Part shown: positions 1 through 11,299 of the stretch, one piece after another | Position numbering within the stretch: position 1 is the stretch's first letter | How the letters are laid out: each line of letters opens with the position of its first letter | Assembly: GCF_006345805.1 (NCBI RefSeq) | Contig: NC_043009.1 | Span: 34,162,001-34,226,000, forward strand | Direction of reading: 5' to 3' | Length of the DNA: 64,000 nucleotides | Source of the DNA: Octopus sinensis | Taxonomy: Eukaryota | Made by a program: the position numbers and the translations under genes | Notes under the pieces: model-generated | What the model saw: the letters and a program-made list of their open reading frames with translations, nothing else | Databases searched by the model: none | What the model was told of the DNA's origin: nothing

Positions 1-1440
1 CAACATTAAGAGCATCCTAGTTAGCACCCCTAGGACACAAGAAGAAGCAGGTTGTTCATGCAGGATCTGAAGCAGTTGCTTGGTAGAAGGCCGCTGCAAA
101 ACCAAAGGGGTTGTATATCAAGCCAAGGTTCTAACTAGACATGTGTTTAACACCAGCAGAAGCAATAACAGCAGTAGACCTGAGAACAGAGCCAGTAACA
201 CAGCCACCATCGCCACCACCATCACCATGGATGGCAGCATTGCTAACAACAACTGCAGTAGCATCACTACCATTACCTGCCTCACAAATAGCTTCCTTGA
301 CATCCACGATGCCAGACCTATTAGCCACTATAGTATATTTCTTTATTGCCCACAAGGGGCTAAACATAGAGGGGACAAACAAAGACAGACAAAGGGATTA
401 AGTCGATTACATAGACCCCAGTGCATAACTGGTACTTTATTTGTCGACCCCGAAATGATGAAAGGCAAAGTCGACTTTGGTGGAATTTGAACTCAGAGCG
501 TAAGTAGCAGAAGTAATAGGTCCAGTCCCATCAACAGAGCCAGGACAGTAGCACAGCCACCATCACCACTACTGTCACGATGGATGGCAGCATCGCTAAC
601 AACAACGGCAACAGCATCGCAAACAGCAGCGATATCACCACCACCACCACCACCACCTCCAGCATTACTAATAGCTTTTCTGACATCCACAATGCCAGGC
701 CTATTGGCCACTATAGTTGTAGTAGCAGAGGTAATGGATCTGGTTCCATTTCTGGCTATAGTGGCAACAGCAGCAGAACCAGCAGTGGCAATAGAACAAC
801 TATTGCTACCACCACATCCTCCACCATCGCCAGCACCAGCAACAACACCAGCAGCCCTGACTCCAACAACAGCAAGACTGGCGGCAGCACCAGCAGCAGC
901 AATAACAACAGCAACACCAGCACCAGCACCAGCAGCAACAATGACTGCACCACAGGCAACATGCGCAGGATCAAGAATATGACCAGCACCAACACCATCC
1001 CTAGCAATGACAACACCAGCACCAACAGCAGCAGCCCCAACTCCAGCAGTGAGCTGCAGCACCAGCAGCAGTGGTTGCAGCAGCAGCAGCAACAACAGCA
1101 CCAACAACAACGCCCCTAGAAGTACGTGGGCTGCACTGGGAACTCTCTCAAACAGCGTATTTCCAATCATCTGTCCTTCTTCAGAATCCCAGAAAGGAAA
1201 TATGTTACATCGTTGGCCAGCCACATCAATCATGAGATGAAGAGATTCCATACTTGATCGCATGGAAAATACATGAGAATACAGGCCCCTACATCAACGC
1301 AACGAAATGGTGCAAGTTATGCATTGCCAAATGCATGAGGATCCTTAAAGACTCGCTCCTGCCAGGGTGAATCCTGAATTCCAAGACGGAGATTTTGGGA
1401 TTATGCTTGTATTTTAGAAAATTCCTTTTGGCTTTTTGGA
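1..1440 (+). pseudogene. Penelope-like element GIY-YIG endonuclease (Naiad-like), interrupted
   Basis: Manual translation: CSCRI*SSCLVEGRCKTKGVVYQAKV (about 53-130); then KYVGCTGNSLKQRISNHLSFFR (from 1120); after a frameshift IAWKI..PYINATKWCKLC..ILNSKTEILGLC. This matches the CxCR..CP.xGxC / VVY / YIG / CxLC layout of PLE endonucleases. Confidence 0.85.
335..502 (-). mobile_element. SINE family A (5'-truncated) inserted in the PLE loop
   Basis: Reverse complement contains gagttcaaattccaccaaagtcgactttgcctttcatc...gtttagccccttgtgggcaataaagaaa; the same family recurs at 28.9, 29.9, 35.3-36.8 and 46.6 kb. Confidence 0.85.
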
Positions 1441-1650
1441 ATCCACAGGGTGGCACCACAGCCAGAAACCAATAGCCAAGGCTGAAGGGAGGCAATCATT
1501 TACCTTTGTAGTGCTTTGGTAACTGTAAGATGGCAGCATGGCCAACGATCGATGGACAGTGGCAAAGTGAGATAATTACTTAGTGTTTTACCCTTAAAAA
1601 CGAGGCTTTTCCCCTCCATATTTTAAAGTGGTCTCAGGCCAGTAGTGTTT

Positions 1651-1711
1651 GGGATCTGAAGATACACTGTAAAGCTAAACGCCTTATGAGCAAGAAACCC
1701 AGGGTAACCCC
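1651..1711 (+). ncRNA. Candidate type I hammerhead ribozyme in PLE 3' region
   Basis: gggat-CTGAAGA(1656-62)-weak long stem II-GAAA(1694-97)-CCC-A-GGG-TA-acccc; about 220 nt downstream of the PLE EN on the same strand. Confidence 0.55.
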
Positions 1712-2084
1712 CTAGAAGAGCCTACCTCACTATAATATATAGTTGTTGAGTGTCCCACCCATGAGGGATCGATGCTATATGTGTCAAAACAATTGTCATA
1801 ATTAATAATAAATCCTTGTATATTCCATCTTCTGTCTTTCATTTGCCATATATATATATATGTACACACATATAGACACATTGAAGATAGTTCGTGTCTA
1901 AATTAATTTACAATTCCACATCATAGAATGCAAGAAGATCAATGTAAAACTTTAAACAGTTAAGTGAATGGATATTAAAGTGAAGACCCTAAAGAAACTG
2001 CACCAGTAATAGAGTAAGGTTGCAATTTCAGTAGTTAATAATTAATGCAGTAGAAACATGTGTAGGTTATTTGAAGCTGTATAT

Positions 2085-2287
2085 CAGCCTCCCCTGGCAC
2101 CTGTGCCGGTGGCACATAAAAAGCACCCACTACACTCATGGAGTGGTTGGTGTTAGGAAGGGTATCCAGCTGTAGAAACACTGCCAGATCAGACCGGAGC
2201 CTGGTGCAGCCTCCTGGCTTCTCAGACTCCGGTCGAACCGTCCAACCCATGCTAGCATGGAAAACGGACGTTAAATGATGTTGATGA
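2085..2287 (+). mobile_element. SINE 3' half with LINE-type tail
   Basis: gttaggaagggtatccagctgtagaaac...gtcgaaccgtccaacccatgctagcatggaaaacggacgttaaatgatg followed by a (TGA)-like tail. Confidence 0.7.
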
Positions 2288-2376
2288 TATATATATATAT
2301 CTAAGCTGTATATATATATATATTTATATAAAGGATTTAAAGGTAATGCTAATGCAATGTTACTTCATAATAATCC

Positions 2377-2386
2377 TTATTATTAC

Positions 2387-2426
<40 letters not shown>
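2377..2426. repeat. (TTA)n microsatellite / retroelement tail
   Basis: Direct reading of the sequence. Confidence 0.95.
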
Positions 2427-2885
2427 GGGTGAGATAGCAGTGCTTGCCATCAAAGTGACACTGGAGTAAAATATACAAAACCTAGTATACCCATCTTGAC
2501 TACCCATCTGATAAGGGTACACTAGGCACATGCATCACAACCGTATGTGTGTACAATATGGTGATCTCATATCAAGATAAACAGTGCATGACCTTGCAGG
2601 TGGGACCCAGTTAGAATTTTCTTCTGATCAAGTAGCCCATCCCACTCAAAAGGTCTCTGAATAAGGGTTGTTTAAGAACGTTAAACGAAACACCCATGTT
2701 TCCTTTGACTTTCAATGTTATCTGGTATCAGCTTTTCATCTGTACACTCTCCATTTATTTCTTTATAGAATCTCTTCTGATCTACTATGAATAACCTATT
2801 CTGGTGGTAACCCTTCATTCTTTGGTTGTATCTTGCCATCTTTGCTTCCTTTGCAACGAGGTGCTGTTTCAGTTCCTCCACTATA
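2427..2885 (-). mobile_element. R4/Dong-like LINE fragment plus putative 3' UTR ending in (TAA)n
   Basis: EELKQHLVAKEAKMARYNQRMKGYHQNRLFIVDQKRFYKEINGE is near-identical to the 44.0-44.2 kb LINE; the 2427-2700 segment runs into the (TAA)n. Confidence 0.7.
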
Positions 2886-2967
2886 GCCCGAGGCTATAGT
2901 AGAAGACACTTGCTGAAGATGCCACACAGTGGGACTGAACCCAGAGGCTTCTTACCACACAGCCATG
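2886..2967 (-). mobile_element. SINE family B head fragment
   Basis: Reverse complement ggctgtgtggtaagaag...ggttcagtcccactgtgtggcatcttcagcaagtgtcttctactatag. Confidence 0.75.
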
Positions 2968-2994
2968 CTCACATATTTATATGTATATATATAT

Positions 2995-3026
<32 letters not shown>

Positions 3027-3821
3027 CATGTGTGTGTGTGTGTAATTTCTCTTCTTCCTTTCTTGTCATATGTTACTTATAAAGTTAGCTTCTCTACACA
3101 TTTATTGTTCTTTATTTCTTATAGAGTGATAGGCAAAACAAAATACATTTTGTCAGTGGACTAACAATTATAGATTAATATCTACATCTACATTTAGACA
3201 TATACATACATCCATGCATATACACATACACACATATACATATATGTATGTACACACACACACACACATACATGTATGCATAAGCATAATATGGAGAGCA
3301 TGATGCAAAAGACAGGTTAAGATTTCACTTGAGATAGTTTGATAGATTAACTCAGTGATATTGATGTCATCACCACCATCAATTGATACTGAAGTGGTGG
3401 TGGTGGTGGTACAGAATGGAAACCTGTAAACTTATTAGTATCTAGTTATAGTGAGGGGGTCTGAACTAATGAAAGTTTAGTATCATTCCCAGTGACACAG
3501 TTCAGTGACATTGCTGAAACAGGATCATCTGAAATTTCAGCTGCTAGTCTGTTAACCTATTAATTCCGTCTGTTGCTGCAATACTATTTCGCCTTCTCAC
3601 ATGTCAATAAACTAAGTCATGTGTAAAATACACAAATACAAACACATGCATACATACATAACATGTTACACACATTACATACACATACAAAGTCGTGTCC
3701 CATTTCAAAGAAAGACATCCTCCCTAAGGTCGCCAGCTGTTATTCTCATGCACTTATTTCTAACATCTCGAAAGCAATGAAGACAGCCATTAACAATCAT
3801 ATTCTCCAGTATTTTAAATTG

Positions 3822-3852
<31 letters not shown>

Positions 3853-3874
3853 TCCCTCTCTGAGTGACCACCGG

Positions 3875-4045
3875 TATGTCTTCTGCAGAACCAGATCTAC
3901 CCTTCTACGTCCACCCAGCAGTAGGTTCTAGCTTTAGAGAAAATCAATGACAGCAATGCTGTAAGTCCAGATATCAGCAAAACCTTCAACCATAGCTAGC
4001 ATACAAATCTCATATCAAAACTTAAAACCTATATGTTCTCAAGTG
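3875..4045 (+). pseudogene. CR1/L2/Jockey-type RT fragment
   Basis: FCRTRST...PDISKTFNHS*HTNLISKLKTY resembles GFRxxRST / DISKAFDxVxHxxLLxKL. Confidence 0.55.
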
Positions 4046-5870
4046 CTTCTTTTGTTCTATTGATTATTTCAGCACTGTATCTTATGACTGATAAGACCCT
4101 TGACTCTATGGTAGAAGTTGGTATTTATACTATTGAGTTTGGATTTCAGCACTTTTACCTTTCAGAAGTATTCTCTCCTGATTTTATCGTTTATAGTTCT
4201 AAGACTTAGAAATAGTTATACTTATCAATCTCCCCATTATTCATTAGATTTATTCATGGCTTTTCCCTTCCTTTGTTACAAAGATTTCACACTTTGAAAT
4301 ACCAAATTTCATATTGCCTTTGTTAAACGTTCTCACTGTACAGATAAGGGTATCTAATTATTGCACAGCTTTTCCAAAGCAATTTAAATCATCCATAACT
4401 CACTCCTGGTCCCTTCTGGGTTATATCCAGCTTTTACATTTTTCTATTCCAGAGAAAGTAGGATAAGAGTAATGAAAAACAGTAGGTGTGACAGGCTATC
4501 ACCTTAGAAAATACTCCAATCAACTATGAAGTTTCAAAGTGGGTGGCTTCTGTTAGTTCCATTTTCCAGTTTTCAATGCTTACTCATATTAGCTTTGTGA
4601 TGTTATTTGGAATTATGAACATTTTGAGTGTTCTCAAGATACAAGAGTGTGGAGACTATGCTATATGCATTTTTGTAATTGATCCTCTCCGCCTATTTCT
4701 AAACCAGTTCAGTTTGTTTTATAAACATCCTGTTGATTAATAATTGGTCTTTTAAATTTCTCTGGCATTCCTTCTGTTCTTTAGGGAGTTGGTTCTATTC
4801 TTCAAAGTGTGCATAGATCTTATCCGCAAGCTTATTTGTTAACATGTGATAAACAAGTTATTGGTCTGTACTATCAGACCTCAGCACCCTTAATCTTTTA
4901 TAAGGGTTGTCATACCCATTAATCATCTAATTTGAGATACTTTCTCTCTGAAGATATTCATTTAATACTTGTCTAGTATTTTAATATTCTTTAGCCAGAA
5001 ACCTTGGAGTCTGACTTGAGTGTCTTTTGATTAAGTTATTTAGAAGCTTGTTTTGCAGTGAACTTTGGAGTGATTACTATGCCATATAATTAATTTTCCA
5101 CTTCTTTTATACACGTCCTTTTCTTTTCATTGTTGTTATCTTTCTAGTTCCATATGTCAGTCCAAAACATTCTGCTTCTGCTGTTTGTTTTCACTTCAGT
5201 TTTTCAGTTACGGCATTTCTTATTCTCTTTTCCTTCGCATATTGTATTTTCTCTCAAGGGTTTTATTGACTCTTTCTTTTTGTAGCACACCTCCTTTAGG
5301 GAGCTGTAACTGACTAACTTTCCATTTTAAGCTTTTGATGCTATCTTTTCTTCTTTTCCACTAAGCTGTTTGCTGCCTGCTCTTGGTATACTTGCTCTTT
5401 GCAACTATTCCTGAAACTGCCTTATGTATTGACACATAGGGGTAAGTAGCACATGTCCTATGACCATGTCATTTTCTTTTGTTCTTTGCAGTACTGTCTT
5501 TCTGTCGTATCTTTTAAGGTTGGCAGGCTTCTCATTACTATTTTGCCCAAATTGGTCAAATAGCTTGTCTAATAATTTGATCTTCAATCTGACCATCCTT
5601 CAGCATTCTTAATTTTATTCTTTCTTTACTTAATTCACCCCAATTTTTTGATATGATAGTTTTTACATTGACTCTGTGCTTCCTTCTTTTATATTAACTT
5701 CAGGTTCTTTTTTAATTACTGTTTAATTTCCCTTAATTTCAGGTTCAATGGGTATCTAGTTTATAGATCATGTCCAGGTAGTTTTAGTTGACTTCTCTTG
5801 TCTTTCCAGTTGATTATCATTCTGAGCCAGTGTTATATGTTACCTTATTAGATATTTCTGTTCATAATGA
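4040..5870 (-). pseudogene. Degenerate R4/Dong-like non-LTR retrotransposon RT region
   Basis: In order on the minus strand: FWTDIW, RPITCL, LADKIYAHFEE*NQLPKEQKEC..KDQLLINRM, INYKNAY, GVF*GDSLS, LDTLICTVRTF, KSKLN..VIRYSA. Confidence 0.75.
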
Positions 5871-5889
5871 GGCAAGGCATTTAAGTTGA

Positions 5890-7145
5890 TATTACCACTG
5901 TTGATTTTATTGAGATGCAATCACTATAAAAATTGCCAACCAAAACTAAAGAAGGCCCATCTTCCTAAGTTAACTCTGCCAATGGCAACTTGATACTTTA
6001 TGACCTTTGGGTATATTTTAAGGTGGCCTCACTTCTGGTATTTTTGTTGAGACATCTTGATGCCAGACAAAACTAAAAAGGCATGCCTCTTCTTCTAACA
6101 GAATCAACATAGCTAGGAGCTAACCTGGTACTTAAATTATTGTTGTTATTGTTACCAATCATAATTGGGCAGTACAAGGTCCCATGGTTAGTTACAATCA
6201 TTCATTAGTTCATCCGTTGTTGTTGTCAATGACCAAAGGACATCACATGGGAGAAAAAGATGGGGGACAGTGTATCTGGCTACGGCCAATTCAATGTGTG
6301 CTCAAAGGTTCTGCTGCAGGTCAGGCACTAGTGGTCTACTGGGACTGAAACCAAGCAGTTGGTTCTAGATCTGTATAGTTCATATTTTCTTTGTACCCTT
6401 GCAATCCTGTTCTAGAAGAGGACTCAATGCACACCATCTTGTTCACAGACAGCTGTGCATTCAGTGCCACCACAGAGGCTCAGATGCAGCAAAGAATGAA
6501 CTGCTTTTCCACTGCTGAAACAAATTTGACAACACAATCAATACTCAGAAGACAGAGGTCATGTACCAACCTGCAGAACCAACTATCACCAATGAAAGGG
6601 AAACTTTGAAGGTTGTTGATAAGTTCATGTACCTCGGTAACACACTTTTCAGATCTGTGAATGTTGATGATGAAGTCAACTCTCACATCACCAAGGGAAG
6701 CTCAGCATTTGGGAGCTACTTGAATCAGTGTGGGAGAGGAAAGACTTTAGGCTGGCTGTCAAGTTGAAGATGTATGAAGAAGTTGTACTGCCTACACTAT
6801 TGTACACCTGCAAGACTTGATTTACAAATGTCATGCCAAAAAGCTAAACCAATTCCACATGAACTGCCTGAGAAAACTGCTGAAGATCACACAGGAAGAC
6901 AAGGTCCTAGACACAGAGGTCCTCTCTCAAACCGATCTGCCAAGCATTTACACATGACTGAAGAGAATGTAAGTCAAGTGGGTAGGCCACTTTATTCAAA
7001 TGCCTGACACACGATTCCCTGAGAGACTGCTTTTCAGCGAATTGGCAGAAGGCAAGCCCATCCAAGTTGGACAGAAAAAATGCTTCAAGCCTGACTTTTA
7101 AAGCCTCGCTGAAGGGCTTTGAGATCAACCCTGACACCTGAAAAA
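5890..7145 (+). pseudogene. RTE-clade LINE RT/C-terminal fragment
   Basis: LFTDSCAFSATTEAQMQ, VVDKFMYLGNTL..VDDEVNSHITKGSSAFG, FHMNCLRKLLKI, WVGH..MPDTRFP..LF.EL: typical RTE RT domain 5-7 and thumb motifs. Confidence 0.85.
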
Positions 7146-8060
7146 TGGTTAATTATAATAATAGCAATAACAACAACAACAATAATAATAACCATCTAGA
7201 TGGTTGTTGGCTCTCCTGAGTTCAATTATATTTTTGATAGCTTTTCGTTTTTTATCCTGCAGAGGGTCCACTTCAAAAAAAGACACTCTTCTCAAGCTCG
7301 TTGGGATTGCTGATTTAATCGCTGACAGCTGTTCAGATTGTATGATACTGCATGATTACTAGTAGCAAGTCTTTATGCTAGCATTCGTCATTGCAATGTT
7401 GAGACTTCTCCCATACTGTCAGATGTGGTGGAGTGAATATATATCCTATTAAGAAAGATGGGAAAGAAGTAGAAAAATGACTAATAAAAGGTCTTAAAAA
7501 GAAAAAGCTAGATTGTTTAATGTGGAGAATAGGGGAAAAGGAAATAGTTACATAAACTAACCATTGTGAGTTAAGTTAAACGATGGAGTTTTTCCTCCTC
7601 TGTGTTTACAAGGTTGCCTGTGGGGAAGGAATGTAGAAAATGAAAGAAGAGTAAAAATGTTTGGAAGAGGAAAAGGAAACTACATTAGCTTATTTAGTGT
7701 GGAAAATAGGAAAAGAAGAGTAAAATGAAATAAACAAATGCTTTTGTCTCATCTTAAACGAAGTTATTATTATTATTTTTTTTTTACCTTGTGTTTACTA
7801 TTAATCTTGTTTAGGAAGAAAGGAGGCAGAGAAAGAGAGGAAAAAAGACTGATAAGATTATATAGGTCAGAGAATAAGGTAAGAGGAGAACAAATTGAAA
7901 TAAAGAAACCATTGTGACTTATCTTAAGCAACCTCATGTTTCAAATTAATGTTGTCTAAAGGATGGAAAAAAATGGGAGAAAAGAGACCCTTCTAAGACG
8001 AAAACTAGAAAAAATTAATTAGTTCAGAGCACAGGGAAATGAAGAAAACTGAAATAAGCA

Positions 8061-8115
<55 letters not shown>

Positions 8116-8940
8116 GCTACTGCCGTTGTTGTTGTACTTGAAAGGAAAGTTTCTGGGGATATTGTTAAATTTTATGGATTTTTTTTGTTTGGCTGTCACT
8201 TTTCAATTTCTTCAATTTTTTTCCAGTTGATTTCATATTTGGTGTTTTGCTATAATTTTGACATGGAATTTCGTCACTGCTTACAATTTTGTTTCAATTG
8301 TTTTCAAATTTGGTATATCGATTAAGTTTTGTAATCTAATTATGAAAATGAAATTCATTTTTCATATAAATCCATAGTTAAAAAGTTATTAGCCATTAAA
8401 ATTTGCAAAGTTTGGGTGTTTTAGGCAATAGGAAGCAAGTATTTTACACATCACCATGGCGAAAAACTCTGTTTCCATAGTAACCAAAGATGCTGTTCAT
8501 GTGCACAAGGAGGAGAAAGTGATACTAGAAAGATAATCTTCTACTATAATAATACTCTTGTGCATTTCTCCGGCTCACAATACATGAATGAAAAAGAAAG
8601 GGGTGATAGTTGAATAAGGAAGGAAGGGGTGATAACAAACTGGTAGTGAGAGTGTTTCAACTTTGTGTGTGGGGTGGGGTGCAATGGAAGTGGAATGGTG
8701 AACATTCAACACTGAAAAGAAAAATCAGTGTTTCAACTCTAAAATACTACAATTAACTCTCACTTTTGACCCCAGGAGTGTCAACATGCAATTTTCTGAT
8801 ATTAAAACAATGCAACATTGGCACTTGTTCCGTATTACATTTCATTCAAAACATAAAAATAAAAGTGAAGCATTCGACAGAGTAAGTTATAAATAGTTTC
8901 ACTTTTATTCTTTCACTTTTAATACTTTCATATACATGTA

Positions 8941-8942
<2 letters not shown>

Positions 8943-9023
<81 letters not shown>

Positions 9024-9027
9024 TTAT

Positions 9028-9073
<46 letters not shown>
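8943..9073. repeat. Compound (TG)n-(TA)n-(GATA)n microsatellite
   Basis: Direct reading of the sequence. Confidence 0.95.
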
Positions 9074-9074
<1 letters not shown>

Positions 9075-9109
9075 TTCTACCTATATGTCTGTGCACACCT
9101 TTTAATGCA

Positions 9110-9275
9110 ATGTATGCCAGAAGGTTTGAAAATCTAATGGAAGCCTCAAAAGACATTTTAAGATCCACAAAGATCAGAACTTATCTGCAGCTGTTGGTGG
9201 TCCAAACCGGATATGCAATCTACGTGGGTGTCTTTTCAGAACATTGTCTGGTTTAAAAAGCCACATCAGATGCTA
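9110..9275 (+). pseudogene. RTE-type C-terminal C2H2 finger fragment
   Basis: RICNLRGCLFRTLSGLKSHIR resembles CxxCGRxFRxxxGLxSHxR. Confidence 0.5.
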
Positions 9276-9339
9276 TGATATTTCTAAGGTGTAGGTACAG
9301 TAGGTACATAAGGAGGAGACAACCACCATATATTGATAG

Positions 9340-9890
9340 AAATGTATGAAAGAGACCTCGATATTATGTAAATAGAGGTTCGGGGGATGAAGGTGAAACC
9401 CAAAAAGTGGAAAGAGTGTAAGAAGTTAATTGAAAGAGAAGGAGCCAGTTTGAAGCTGACCCCACCTGAAGAGCTAATGAACAGTATTGCAAAAAGAACA
9501 GTAGTGTATAGAACGCTGTCGGTGTCATCCAAAAAGATAGAAATTGCTACCATTGAAGCAACAGAGGAATGTTTGAAAGAATTTTAAAATTCTACAACTT
9601 TTTACACGAGAGGTAGAAAGTATGGCACAGTGGAGGCGAGGTTCGCGAATGAAAAAGACGCGATAAATCCACCGTGGTCATAAGGACACAAGAGTCGGTG
9701 CTTCTGCCAACTTACTGCGGCAAACGCGTGGCCAGGGTAAGAGTGGGAAGGATATCCCCAGAAATTAAAGGGGCATGGCTGATAGCAGCAGTAGTGCATA
9801 AGATGGAAGAAGAAACGAAAATACTAAAGGTTACAAGAACCAAACAGATGAACTAATGGGGTTGTGGCCTTGAAATGGTCATACAGTTAT
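9340..9890 (+). pseudogene. L1/Tx1-like ORF1 fragment
   Basis: GTVEARF..LLPTYCGKRVARVRVGRISPEIKGAWLIAA aligns with TVEVRF..LIPTDLGRRASEVKVEGIPPEVDVN*IIAA in the zinc-knuckle ORF at 31.6 kb; clade assignment is inference. Confidence 0.6.
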
Positions 9891-9891
9891 G

Positions 9892-10212
9892 GTTAGGGTT
9901 AGGGTTAGGATTAGGGGTGGGGGAAGGGCATCTTTTTTTCTTCGCAAATGTAAATAAACCCAATCTGTTTCTTAAACGAGGGACATATTCATACAGCACG
10001 GAATGTTTTCACCCCAAATGGAGGTCAGCGATTGGTTAAAATTGCCGAAATGCTCGAAATTAAAGTCGAAATATGTTACAACATATAGAATTTCTCAATA
10101 AAGCCAAGAAAAAATGATGTTTTATAAACACATTCTACCAGTATACGAAGTTTAAAAGTGTTTAGTTAACTAGAAATTGTGTTGAAAACTGCCGTTCAAA
10201 AGGAAAAGATCC
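9892..10212 (+). mobile_element. GGATC-terminal MITE, partial, with TTAGGG repeats
   Basis: Shares its body and right TIR aaaactgccgttcaaa..gaaaagatcc with the full copies at 32458 and 48215. Confidence 0.85.
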
Positions 10213-10224
10213 GCAAGCAAAGAT

Positions 10225-11200
10225 GCAGATAAACGTTCCCGGATATTAACAAAATTAGAACAGAACAAAAATTTAACTCTGCAGGCAGTAGCAGAAGAAT
10301 GTCAGAGAATTATTAATCTACGATATGACACAAATAAAACTGAAGAGAAAGATTGTTCTCAGATTCAGGCGTGTCAACCGGTAACGAATAGACAAAAAAA
10401 TATCAAGACCGAAACCATGTTATGGGTGCGGTGGTCTACATTTTAAAAATAGCTGGCCGTTTAAAAATATAAAATGCTACAAGTGTGGTAAAACAGGCCA
10501 TAAATAGTCGCAATGTATAACAGAACCTAAAAAATAGTTTAACAAAAAATCGCGTAAACGGATTATCGGTGACAAAAAATATGAATAAGCCTCAAAGAAA
10601 ATTTGTGTATGTAAAAATTAATAACACAAACGTAAAGATACTATTGGATACAGGCAGTGACATTTCGATAATAAACACGGATACATGGAAAAAGATTGGG
10701 ACACCTAAATTAAATAGAACCTCGAAAATTGCCCTTGGTGTTACAGGAAAAAAATTATATTCTAAGGATAAATTAATAAAGTAACATTACATCTCGTAAA
10801 AAAACCTTATAGGCTAAGGTTTTTGTTCGGTACTGACTGGATGGAACTGCTTAATTTATGGAACCTCTCCATAAATCTTTTCTGTAAAAATGTAAATGGC
10901 TTTTTTCCCCCAGTAAGAATAAATCGTCAGACGAATTGAAAACAGAAACTTTTTTTAATTTTCCTGAAGTTCTGTCCGATAAATTAGGTCTGTGTACCAA
11001 AACGAAACCACGTTTTCAAATACAAGGAAACACCTTACCGACAGTTAAACAAAAACAAACTACCGTTCTCAGCGTTACAACAAATAAACTTAGTGTTAGA
11101 GAAACTAGAAAAAATTGGAATTATCCAAAAAGTGGAATATTCTGAATGGGCAGCACCAACCGTGTTCGTTAAAAAAAAGAATCAGGCTGTGAGCTGATTT
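10225..11200 (+). pseudogene. Ty3/Gypsy LTR retrotransposon gag-protease-RT fragment
   Basis: Zinc knuckles (CYGCGGLH.., CYKCGKTGH), aspartic protease KILLDTGSDISII, FPEVLSDKLGLC and RT start SEWAAPTVFVKKK. Confidence 0.85.
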
Positions 11201-11299
11201 TTATCCACTGGAACTGAACACTAAGCGTAAGAGATATTAAAACTCGGAGCGGAGTTCAATTCTCAAAAGGGGAGAACATAGGGGAGACTGATTATAAAA

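Noticed and set aside
68-70. In-frame TGA in a Naiad-like PLE (also near 1372) as selenocysteine
   Set aside because: Some Naiads are reported to be selenoproteins, but these TGAs are not at conserved Cys positions and the copy has other stops and frameshifts; simple decay explains them.
493-1263. 256-aa minus-strand Ala/Val/Gly/Leu ORF and the Pro/Ala-rich plus frames
   Set aside because: Shadow frames of the triplet-rich PLE insert.
3330-3560. Possible exon on the minus strand (RLAAEISDDPVSAM..)
   Set aside because: Short, interrupted by a stop, weak splice acceptor and no recognisable homology.
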